Shown piece by piece: positions 18,700 through 26,446 of a DNA stretch of 64,000 bases (position 1 is its first letter; each line of letters opens with the position of its first letter). Under the pieces are notes generated by a model. The model was given only the letters and a program-made list of their open reading frames with translations, was not told the origin of the DNA and ran no database searches. Position numbers and translations under genes: made by a program. Source of the DNA: Alphaproteobacteria bacterium (GTDB lineage: Bacteria > Pseudomonadota > Alphaproteobacteria > Rhodospirillales > Rhodospirillaceae); contig JAMOBE010000001.1 of assembly GCA_039908285.1 (NCBI GenBank), positions 21,155 to 85,154 of the forward strand. The letters run 5' to 3'.

Positions 18700-19827
18700 A
18701 TGGTAGGTATACTCGACGCGACCGGCTTCACGGCGAGCAACAGTCTGAAGACGCTCGTCATGAGCAAGATGCAGGAGTCCTACGCCAAGCAGCTCGACGA
18801 TTCCAGCGATACGACCGCTGCCGAGGGGCAGGCCAGGTACAACCGCATCCTGGACGACGTCCAGGTCGTGCAGAGCAACAAGAGCAGGCTTTCCCTGGCG
18901 GCGATGTTCGTTGCCGACAACCTGAAGAACATCACCGCCATCAAGGATGCGCTGTTCGATATGAAGGTCTGCGTCGAGAAGGCCGCCGAGGCTGGCGCGG
19001 ATACCTCCTATTGGGCGGAAAGATTCGACAAGGGCCTGCGCACCGTCAACAGCAAGGCCGATGCCTTGCCACGGAACACCAACCTTCTCGGCAACTGCGG
19101 CCAGACGGTGTGGAACGAGCCGTCGATGGCGTATCAGACGGACGCATACGGCTCGACCACGACGATCCAGGGCAAGTACATCGGCTCCGACATGTACATC
19201 GACGACTCGAACGGCAAGAAGTGGGTCCCGGATTGGGGCTCTTTGACGATTCAGCAATATGACACCTACTCCAACACCGGAAACTCGTCCGCCAACGTCA
19301 AGACGAGTACGGATTCGCCGTCGTTCACGAATGGTCTGCGACTCGATTCCTTCACCGAGGCGACCGGAGCGATCACCTTTACCACCTATCCCGAGGGCGG
19401 GGCCTCGTCACAGTCCGTGACGGGGACGGTGACGCGAGGGGGCCTGGACGTGATGCCGGCGTGGATGTACGGCGGTCTGACCACGACCCTCGACGCCACG
19501 GCCATGACCCGCGCGACGGCCGATATCAATACCGCGCGTAGCCAGGTGGAGGCGTTCGAAGCGACCCTCAAGGCCGTCCATTCCGGGATCAAGGGCAAGG
19601 AAGGGACCCTCGCTGCCTCCGTCGAGGCCATGAACGACGAAGGCATGAATGTTCTGCGTGACACGTACACGGCGTCGGCGATCAGAAGGCAGGATGTCCA
19701 GGCGCGCTATCAGGGAATGGTCATGACCCTCCAGTCCATGATGGACTCGCAGAACTCCTATGCGTCCCTTTTTGCCGGCGCGGGCGTGGACAAGATGACC
19801 GGCCTGCTTTACGACGGTTACTTCTGA
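18700..19827 (+). CDS. Hypothetical protein with helical N- and C-terminal regions around a Ser/Thr/Gly-rich core (flagellin-like architecture; homology unproven)
   Basis: 375 aa, with GGAG 8 nt upstream of the ATG. The ends are Ala/Gln/Leu-rich helical segments (...RRQDVQARYQGMVMTLQSMMDSQNSYASLFAG). The centre is T/S/G/Y-rich (YSNTGNSSANVKTSTDSPSFTNG). No canonical flagellin motifs. Confidence 0.55.
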   Translation: MVGILDATGFTASNSLKTLVMSKMQESYAKQLDDSSDTTAAEGQARYNRILDDVQVVQSNKSRLSLAAMFVADNLKNITAIKDALFDMKVCVEKAAEAGADTSYWAERFDKGLRTVNSKADALPRNTNLLGNCGQTVWNEPSMAYQTDAYGSTTTIQGKYIGSDMYIDDSNGKKWVPDWGSLTIQQYDTYSNTGNSSANVKTSTDSPSFTNGLRLDSFTEATGAITFTTYPEGGASSQSVTGTVTRGGLDVMPAWMYGGLTTTLDATAMTRATADINTARSQVEAFEATLKAVHSGIKGKEGTLAASVEAMNDEGMNVLRDTYTASAIRRQDVQARYQGMVMTLQSMMDSQNSYASLFAGAGVDKMTGLLYDGYF

Positions 19828-19835
19828 CGGTTCGG

Positions 19836-20699
19836 ATGAGTATCATCGCCTTCGTTGGCCTCGGCATCATGGGGCGGAGCATGGCCCGCAACCTGATGCG
19901 GGCCGGCCATGCCCTTTTCCTGCACACCCGCACCCGGGCCCGTGCCGAGGATCTTCTCGGCGAGGGGGCTGAGTGGCGCGACTCGCCGGCCGCGGCCGTT
20001 GCCGGGGCGGGGATCGCCATCACCATGGTCGGCCTGCCGGCGGAGGTGGAGGAGGTGTACTACGGGCCTTCGGGTCTGCTGGACGCGGCGGCGCCCGGCA
20101 CGTTTCTCATCGACATGAGCACCTCGCCCCCTGACCTTGCCGAACGGATCCATCGCGATGCGGCGGGGCGGGGGCTGCGGGCCCTGGACGCGCCGGTGTC
20201 CGGCGGCGACGTCGGCGCCCGTGACGCCACCCTCGCCGTCATGGTGGGTGGGGAGCGCGCCGATTTCGAGGCGATGGAGCCGGTGCTGGCCGGCGTGGGA
20301 CGCACGATCGTCCACGTCGGCCCGGCCGGCAGCGGCCAGCACTGCAAGATGGTCAATCAGATCGTCATCGGTGGGACGATGCTGGGCGTGGCCGAGGCCC
20401 TGACCTATGGGCGCCGCGCCGGCCTGGATGCCGCGACGGTGCTGCGGGTGATCGGCGGCGGGGCGGCCGGCAGCTTTGCCCTGAACCACCTGGGACCCCG
20501 GATGGCGGCCGGCGATTTCGCTCCCGGCTTCATGGTCGAGCACTTCGTCAAGGACATGACCATCGCCGCCGAGGAGAGCCGCCGATTCGCGCTGGACCTT
20601 CCCGGCCTGGCGCTGGCTCATGCCCAGTATCGGCGCCTGCTCGAACTGGGAAACGGGCGCGACGGGACGCAGGCCCTCTTCCGGCTGTATAATCCCTGA
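19836..20699 (+). CDS. NAD(P)-dependent 3-hydroxyisobutyrate dehydrogenase-family oxidoreductase
   Basis: Rossmann start MSIIAFVGLGIMGRSMARNL. Contains PVSGG and GSGQHCKMVNQI motifs of the HIBADH/GarR family. Confidence 0.85.
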   Translation: MSIIAFVGLGIMGRSMARNLMRAGHALFLHTRTRARAEDLLGEGAEWRDSPAAAVAGAGIAITMVGLPAEVEEVYYGPSGLLDAAAPGTFLIDMSTSPPDLAERIHRDAAGRGLRALDAPVSGGDVGARDATLAVMVGGERADFEAMEPVLAGVGRTIVHVGPAGSGQHCKMVNQIVIGGTMLGVAEALTYGRRAGLDAATVLRVIGGGAAGSFALNHLGPRMAAGDFAPGFMVEHFVKDMTIAAEESRRFALDLPGLALAHAQYRRLLELGNGRDGTQALFRLYNP

Positions 20700-20725
20700 G
20701 GCCCTGAGGACCCTGGATCTCGACG

Positions 20726-21187
20726 ATGGATCTTGGCGGCGAGCACCGCATACCGGCCACCCGCGCGGTGGTTTGGGAGGCCCTGAACGATCCCGAGGTG
20801 CTGAGGGTGTGCATCGAGGGCTGTGAAGCCATGCAGCGCCTGTCCCCGACCGAGTTCACGGCCAGGGTCAAGGCCAGGATCGGTCCGGTGCAGGCCGTGT
20901 TTGCCGGAGCCGTGACGCTGACGGACGTCGAGGCCCCCGGTGCCTACACCCTCGTCGGCCAGGGGCAGGGCGGGGTGGCCGGCTTCGTCCGTGGCCGCGC
21001 CCGGGTGACCCTGACCGCGGAGGGGGACGCCACGGTGCTGCGCTATGAGGCCAGGGCCGACGTGGGCGGCAAGCTTGCCAGCGTCGGCAATCGCCTGATC
21101 CAGGGCGTCGTCGCCGCCACCGCCGCCACCTTTTTCGATCGGCTGGCGGCGCGGCTGGCCATGAATGGACTGGGGAGGATGGAGTGA
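20726..21187 (+). CDS. CoxG-like SRPBCC family protein
   Basis: [34 protein letters not shown]...[12 protein letters not shown]...[27 protein letters not shown] matches the CoxG (carbon monoxide dehydrogenase subunit G-like) pattern. Confidence 0.8.
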   Translation: MDLGGEHRIPATRAVVWEALNDPEVLRVCIEGCEAMQRLSPTEFTARVKARIGPVQAVFAGAVTLTDVEAPGAYTLVGQGQGGVAGFVRGRARVTLTAEGDATVLRYEARADVGGKLASVGNRLIQGVVAATAATFFDRLAARLAMNGLGRME

Positions 21188-22020
21188 GCGTTTCCAGCGA
21201 TATCAAGCGGATTACCATTCGCGACATCCGGCTGCGCAAGGGGGGGGAGCCCATCGTGGTGCTGACCGCCTACACGGCGCCGATGACCCGGTTTCTCGAT
21301 CCCCACGTGGACGTGCTGCTGGTGGGAGACTCGTTGGGAATGGTGGTCTATGGCATGGAGACCACCCTTGGCGTCACCCTCGACATGATGATCAATCATG
21401 GGGCGGCGGTGGTGCGGTCGTCGCGCCGGGGGTGTGTCATCGTCGACATGCCGTTCGGGTCCTATCAGGAGTCGCCGCAGGTGGCCTTTCGCGCCGCCGC
21501 GCGGGTGATGGCGGAGACGGGGTGCGCCGGCGTCAAGCTGGAGGGCGGTGTCGAGATGGCCGAGACCATCTCCTGGCTGGCCCACCGGGGCATACCGGTC
21601 ATGGCTCACGTCGGGCTGCGGCCGCAATCGGTGCACGCCCTGGGGGGCTTCCGCGCCCAGGGGCGGGAGGACGCCGACGCCCAGGCGATTCTGGCCGATG
21701 CCGTCGCCGTCGCCGACGCCGGCGCCTTCGCGGTGGTGGTGGAGGGGACGATGGAGCCGCTTGCCCGCCGAATTACCGAAACCATCGCCATTCCGACCAT
21801 CGGCATCGGCGCCTCGGTGGCCTGCGATGGTCAGGTGCTGGTGACCGAGGACATGCTGGGGCTGTTCACCGAGTTCCGCCCCAAATTCGTGCGTCACTTC
21901 GCCAACCTGGGTCCGGCCGTCACCGAGGCCATCCAAACCTACGCCGCCGACGTCCGCGCCCGCCGATTCCCCGGTCCGGAGCACTGCTTCGGAATGAAGG
22001 CCGTTCGAAGCGGGGAGTGA
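21184..22020 (+). CDS. panB: 3-methyl-2-oxobutanoate hydroxymethyltransferase
   Basis: [55 protein letters not shown]...[10 protein letters not shown]...[10 protein letters not shown]. Overlaps the coxG-like stop by 4 nt. Confidence 0.93.
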   Translation: MSVSSDIKRITIRDIRLRKGGEPIVVLTAYTAPMTRFLDPHVDVLLVGDSLGMVVYGMETTLGVTLDMMINHGAAVVRSSRRGCVIVDMPFGSYQESPQVAFRAAARVMAETGCAGVKLEGGVEMAETISWLAHRGIPVMAHVGLRPQSVHALGGFRAQGREDADAQAILADAVAVADAGAFAVVVEGTMEPLARRITETIAIPTIGIGASVACDGQVLVTEDMLGLFTEFRPKFVRHFANLGPAVTEAIQTYAADVRARRFPGPEHCFGMKAVRSGE

Positions 22021-22072
22021 TGTCGGCGAGTCTGATGGTTGACACACGATGTCACTGGGACGATGCGGTCAT

Positions 22073-22168
22073 CAGCGTGCGTGTGTTGAGAAAAAGGCGC
22101 AACACGGATGAACACGGACATCCACGGATGAACACGGATGTAGCGGAGTTTGACATGGGCTAAAGTGA
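22073..22168. repeat. CACGGAT decamer-array element, truncated single-arm copy 3
   Basis: CAGCGTGCGTGTGTTGAGAAAAAGGCGCAACACGGATGAACACGGACATCCACGGATGAACACGGATGTAGCGGAGTTTGACATGGGCTAAAGTGAG aligns with the reverse complement of the right half of copy 2 (arm plus GAGTTTGACATRGGCTWAAGTG). No second arm follows. Confidence 0.75.
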
Positions 22169-22459
22169 GAAACACGCTGGCACAGGCTTTCCGTACTCCC
22201 CATGACGTCTGATCCTGGAGGGAACGGGGAGCGCGAGGGCCTCCAGGCCCTCGCTCTTATCCTGACCGTATCGGACCGGTCCCTACTTCTTCTTGTCCTT
22301 CTTGCGGCCAACCTCGGCCCACACCTCACGAACCAAGGCCTTGAACGCCTCGTCCCGGGGAATCGGATGGATGTCCGCGTCCGCCAACACATGACGATTG
22401 GCAGTTCTTCCTTGCGGTAGGAAGAAGGCTGTAGCACTTATTGTTGCGGGTCCTGGTCA

Positions 22460-22975
22460 CCTGTTCCCGCAGGGTCGACTCGGTGGAGGAGCCGAAGCGG
22501 CCGCCACATGCTCAGCGACCGCCGCCAATTGGTTGTTGTGCCCCATATGACTGTCCCAGTAGTTTCAACGCTGCTCTCTTGTTGGCCCGTGCCCTGGCCA
22601 CCTGTTCCCGCAGGGCCGTCTTGGTAGCGGAACCGAAGCGTTTTTCCACCTGTTCATAGGCAGCCACTGCCTTCGCGTACTGCTTCGACTGGTTCAACGA
22701 GATGCCCTTGTAGACAAGTGCCCTGGCCACCTGTTCCCGCAGGGCCAACTCGGTAGCGGAACCGAAGCGTTCTTCCACCTGCTCATAGGCAGCCACTGCC
22801 TTCTCGTATTGCTTCAACTGGTCCAACGAGATGCCCTTGTAGACAAGTGCCTTGGCCAACCGTTCCTGTTCCTGCGAGGCCAGTTCGGTGGCGGAGCCGA
22901 GGACGATCTCCACCTGTTCAAAGGCAGCCACTGCCTCGGAGTTGCGCTCAAGCCTACGCCACGCGACGCCGTTAT
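22460..22975. repeat. 129-bp tandem repeats (three in-frame units plus a decayed fourth unit extending past the stop codon)
   Basis: The unit boundary GTGCC(C/T)TGGCC recurs at 22589, 22718 and 22847 (period 129). 22460-22588 still aligns (…CCTGGTCACCTGTTCCCGCAGGGTCGACTCGGTGGAGGAGCCGAAGCGG…) but lies across and beyond the stop at 22512. Confidence 0.85.
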
Positions 22976-23777
22976 TGTACTGCGCCTTAGCCACCTCCTC
23001 GGGCGTGGCACCGGGTGTTCTGGACGCTTGGTCAAACAAAGACTGAGCCGCAGAAAAGTCGTCTTTGAAATAGGCATCAAGCGCCTTCGCCATCCAATCG
23101 TTGAATGTTCTTGCATTCTCCTGTTTCGTGTCAACCTGTTTTGACACGGTTTCGACCTGTTGGCGTTCCTCTGCGGATGGTGGTTTAGCACCAACTTTGC
23201 CAAGGTCGTCTGTATAATTTGCAATATTAACTCTATATTGTTCAATGATGGCATCTGTTTTATTCTTAGTTTCAGCGTCAATCCTCTCGAGAAGTTCGTC
23301 AGTTTGTTTCTTCGCACTCTCCACGAGCGCATCAACTATTGCTGTTCTGCTTTCTACGGCTGACTTGGCCAGTTCGTCGATACGGTCCTTTCCTTCATTC
23401 TGAATCCATTTGTCAACGGCCGACTTCGCTTCTGCTTTGAAATATGCATCGCCGCTTTTTGTCAGCCATTCCTGGAATGAATTTGCGGCCTTGTCCTGGG
23501 AGAAGATGAAGCTGGCAATGGATGCCGCTGCGATCAGCACGCCAATGCCCGTGAAAAACCAGCCAAGCGGCGCCAGATGGATCGACAGATCGCGAATCCG
23601 GTCGTTCTGCGCGGCGGTCTGCGCCGCAAGCAGTTTTGCCAGGCCCTCGTGCCTTTCCTTCAGCTTGTCGAGTTCGGTCGTCGTGGCGGACAGTTTGGCG
23701 CGGAGGTCCTCCACATCGGCCGCGGGTGCGGGCTGGGGTACTCCTGGTTTTGCCATATGTCTCGAGTGATACGTCAT
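22512..23777 (-). CDS. Membrane-anchored coiled-coil / TPR-like repeat protein
   Basis: N-terminal coiled coil, one TM helix (LAPLGWFFTGIGVLIAAASIASFIF), a helical region, then three ~43-aa repeats (ALVYKGISLxQxKQYxKAVAAYEQVExRFGSATExALREQVAR). AT-richer than the backbone. The start may be ATG 23756 (MAKPG). Confidence 0.7.
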   Translation of the reverse strand: MTYHSRHMAKPGVPQPAPAADVEDLRAKLSATTTELDKLKERHEGLAKLLAAQTAAQNDRIRDLSIHLAPLGWFFTGIGVLIAAASIASFIFSQDKAANSFQEWLTKSGDAYFKAEAKSAVDKWIQNEGKDRIDELAKSAVESRTAIVDALVESAKKQTDELLERIDAETKNKTDAIIEQYRVNIANYTDDLGKVGAKPPSAEERQQVETVSKQVDTKQENARTFNDWMAKALDAYFKDDFSAAQSLFDQASRTPGATPEEVAKAQYNNGVAWRRLERNSEAVAAFEQVEIVLGSATELASQEQERLAKALVYKGISLDQLKQYEKAVAAYEQVEERFGSATELALREQVARALVYKGISLNQSKQYAKAVAAYEQVEKRFGSATKTALREQVARARANKRAALKLLGQSYGAQQPIGGGR

Positions 23778-23957
23778 AGGCGCATCCTATGCCGATCACG
23801 TTATCATGACAAGACGTCGCAGGCATGCGCTACTCCATCACGCATCCCTCCTCAGGGCAATCGGGTGAAAAGTGAGTTGCGGACAGAACCCCGTCGCAGA
23901 CGCTGGACAAGGGGCGATGGATCCTGTACAAGCGGCAACTCGCAGCGGGGTTCCCGT

Positions 23958-24033
<76 letters not shown>

Positions 24034-24082
24034 CTCGCCCGCCGCAAGTGCCCGCCGCAAATTTCTCCGAATTGAAACGCAT

Positions 24083-24119
24083 CGGATGGCAGATGGACGC
24101 GCGTGCCATCTGCCATCCG
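24083..24119. terminator. 14-bp perfect hairpin between tRNA-Phe and the convergent operon end (probable bidirectional terminator)
   Basis: CGGATGGCAGATGG-ACGCGCGTG-CCATCTGCCATCCG. It lies 50 nt after the tRNA and 9 nt after the stop of the minus-strand 320-aa gene. No strong U-tract. Confidence 0.45.
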
Positions 24120-24127
24120 GTCGTCGC

Positions 24128-25090
24128 TCAGCGGGTGAGCAGCGCGGCGTCCCGGCTGGCGCGGGACATTCGCCAGACGCTGGCGAACTGGGCGGCGCGG
24201 CTCGCGAACTCCGGCATCACCACCGTAATTTCGGCGTGACTGCTCAGAGTCGCCTGGTCGATGGTGTTGCGGACGATCGACTCCACACGATCGGCATCGA
24301 CCCGGTGGATGATTTCCGCTTCTCCTTTGCCGTCCGAAGCGGCGATGCGGGCGTCGGAGGACGAGGCCTGCATGGTCGCGACCGGCGTCGGGGTGGATGC
24401 CGGCGTGGATACTGACGCCGACGTAGACGCAGACGTAGACTCCGGCGCGGACGCGGACACCGGGGTCGGCGACCGCGTGTCGCTCGCCGTCACGGTGGAC
24501 GCTGGAGATGGTCCGGCCGTCGGAGTCGCGGCGATGGCTGACGATGTAGGGGCTCCCGTTGGGCTAGCCGCGGTGATCGGCGCTGAGACCATCACGGGAG
24601 CCGGCACGTAGGCCACCGCGGGGGCAGGCGCCGATGGAGCGGGTGTCGATGGAGCGGGCGTCGAAGCGGGTGCCGCCGTGGCCGCCACCGCCGGAGCGGC
24701 GGGTTGGACGGCGGGAGAGGACGTGACCACCACCGCAGGTTGTTCTGAGGTCCGGCTTGGCGTCGGCTGTGGCCAGGCGGCGGAAATGGCCGCCGTGACG
24801 GCCGCGGTCGTCGCTTTGGCGTCCCCGAGGGTCAGGAAGGTGCTGAGTCCGAACATCCGGGTCGGAAGGGTCACGGCGGTATCGACCCGCACCGCGAAGT
24901 CGAGCTTCAGTCCGCGTATTTCAAAGCCGCCGCGCTGGTCCGCCAGTTCGGAACGGCCGAGAGACGAAAAACCGGCCAGCGGGTCCTCTGCCACCGAGGA
25001 CTGTGCTGGCCGGGCCATAAGCGACGTCATCGACAGGACGACGAGTCCAGTCACGGCTCGTCGTACCGTCCCTTGTTTTCCTTGTATCAT
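24128..25090 (-). CDS. Secreted Ala/Pro/Ser/Thr-rich protein with a double-glycine leader-like motif after the signal peptide
   Basis: Signal peptide (VTGLVVLSMTSLMARPAQS), then DPLAGFSSLGRSELADQRGG, a ~60-aa domain, a ~150-aa low-complexity APST linker (TPAPSTPAPSAPAPA...), and a ~70-aa C-terminal domain. ATG 25090 lies ~10 nt after GGAG. Confidence 0.75.
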   Translation of the reverse strand: MIQGKQGTVRRAVTGLVVLSMTSLMARPAQSSVAEDPLAGFSSLGRSELADQRGGFEIRGLKLDFAVRVDTAVTLPTRMFGLSTFLTLGDAKATTAAVTAAISAAWPQPTPSRTSEQPAVVVTSSPAVQPAAPAVAATAAPASTPAPSTPAPSAPAPAVAYVPAPVMVSAPITAASPTGAPTSSAIAATPTAGPSPASTVTASDTRSPTPVSASAPESTSASTSASVSTPASTPTPVATMQASSSDARIAASDGKGEAEIIHRVDADRVESIVRNTIDQATLSSHAEITVVMPEFASRAAQFASVWRMSRASRDAALLTR

Positions 25091-25121
25091 ATCGTGTTTC
25101 TCCACACTCCTGCTTTAGGGT

Positions 25122-25805
25122 CTAGAACTCGTTCAGTCTGGGCAGCAGCAGCGAAAAACCGGCCAGTCCGCGTCGATCGACGCCGGCCGCCAGGGGTCCC
25201 CGTCGCCGGATGCGCCATTCCTCGTCTCGATTGAAGGTGGTGCGCGCCGGCTCGATGTCGTCGCGCACGACGAACATCACCCGGTCCCACACCTCCTCGA
25301 AGTCGCCGCGGCGCATGACCTTGAGCCCAAGGGCCGGATCGCCGACCAGGACATGGCCGTCCCGCGTTCCCTTCACCACCACGAAGTGCTTGTAGCCCCT
25401 GATGCTGATGAGGGTGATGGCGGGGACGCCGATCTTCGCCAGTTCGTCGAGAGTGATCCTGAAGCCGTCGGCCCGGAGCCCCCGCATGGCCAGAAAGTTC
25501 TGCATGTCGAGAAGAGAGAAGCCATAGCGACGGATGTCGTCCTGGTTGCCCACCTGGAACATGGCGGCGAAAGCCTGTTCCTCGTCGGTGGGACGGCCGT
25601 AGTGATGGGTCAGCAGGGTCGCCACGGCCGCCGATCCGCAACTGAAGTCATAGCGCTGACGAACCACCGTGGCGAACCTGGCCTCGCGGAGACTGGTCAC
25701 CGGAACCGATATCCGCAGGCCGGCGATGCCGGCCTCCACCGTTCCCGCGTCCGCCGGTGCCGCCACCCACAGGGCGGCGGACGCCAGAACGATCCCGAGG
25801 GCCAT
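25122..25805 (-). CDS. Stand-alone secreted C39-family cysteine peptidase (FapD-like architecture)
   Basis: Signal peptide MALGIVLASAALWVAAPADA. Catalytic Q-x5-CG (VVRQRYDFSCGSAAVATLL), His (GYKHFVVVKG) and Asp (LVGDPALG). No ABC transporter domain. Start moved to ATG 25805 because the longer track ORF translates a REP element. Confidence 0.85.
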   Translation of the reverse strand: MALGIVLASAALWVAAPADAGTVEAGIAGLRISVPVTSLREARFATVVRQRYDFSCGSAAVATLLTHHYGRPTDEEQAFAAMFQVGNQDDIRRYGFSLLDMQNFLAMRGLRADGFRITLDELAKIGVPAITLISIRGYKHFVVVKGTRDGHVLVGDPALGLKVMRRGDFEEVWDRVMFVVRDDIEPARTTFNRDEEWRIRRRGPLAAGVDRRGLAGFSLLLPRLNEF

Positions 25806-25811
25806 TCCAAC

Positions 25812-25933
25812 AAGCCCTCTCCCCCCTCTTCCGGGGGGAGAGGGTTGGGTGAGGGGGGTGCAGAGGCTCCTGAGAAGGTGCCGCTTGCCCCACCCCCTCA
25901 CCCCGGCCCTCTCCCCCTCGAGGGGGAGAGGGA
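25812..25933. repeat. REP composite (two hairpin units) inside the operon, between the 128-aa gene and the C39 gene
   Basis: AAGCCCTCTCCCCCCTCTTCCGGGGGGAGAGGGTTGGGTGAGGGGGG...CCCCACCCCCTCACCCCGGCCCTCTCCCCCTCGAGGGGGAGAGGGAG. Nearly identical to 35962-36083. Confidence 0.9.
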
Positions 25934-25998
25934 GTGGGTTGGCAGAAGTGCCCTTAAGCTCACGAGTCAAAGTCCGACGAACCGGCATCGCGACCTCG

Positions 25999-26385
25999 CT
26001 ACTGCAGGTAGATATTGACGCTCATGGTGTAGTTCATGTTGACGAGGTTCCCGGTGTTCTGGATCACCGAGGCCACGCCGTGGTTGCCGCTGAGCAGCGC
26101 CGGGGCGATGGCGCCGTTGGCCATGCTGGCCCCGGCGCCTTCGTTGGAGATGCCGCTTGCCGTGTTGGCGGCCCGGGAGTCCGAACTGTTGCCCTGGACG
26201 ATGGTCCGCAGATCGACGGTTTCGGCACCACCGCTCAGTCCACCGAGTTCGGTCGTGGAGAGGGACGCGAAGGCCGCCAGGACGTCATCACTGGCGGCGG
26301 CCGGCCCGGCGACGGCTACGCCCAACGCGAGGATAAGTCCCGCCGCCGCACCAGGTGCCTTCGCATTACGATTCGTCCCACGCAT
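25999..26385 (-). CDS. Small secreted protein with a double-glycine leader motif and curlin-like C-terminal motif
   Basis: 128 aa. Signal peptide (AAAGLILALGVAVAGPAAAS), then DDVLAAFASLSTTELGGLSGG, which matches LSxxELxxIxGG. Gly/Ser/Asn/Ala-rich mature part ending GVASVIQNTGNLVNMNYTMSVNIYLQ. Confidence 0.75.
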   Translation of the reverse strand: MRGTNRNAKAPGAAAGLILALGVAVAGPAAASDDVLAAFASLSTTELGGLSGGAETVDLRTIVQGNSSDSRAANTASGISNEGAGASMANGAIAPALLSGNHGVASVIQNTGNLVNMNYTMSVNIYLQ

Positions 26386-26446
26386 GGGGGTTCCTTTCGC
26401 TCGCGAAAAAGCCCGGCGGGCCAGGTTGGCCCGCCGGAACCGTGGT

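Noticed and set aside
22202-22440. Possible small gene between the truncated MITE and the TPR-like gene (track ORFs 22202-22420 plus strand and 22072-22437 minus strand).
   Set aside because: Neither listed frame looks protein-like. A third minus-strand frame ends ...ADIHPIPRDEAFKALVREVWAEVGRKKDKKK at the TAG at 22283-22285, but it has no credible start codon or SD. It is treated as a gene fragment and mentioned under the scar-region finding, not called.
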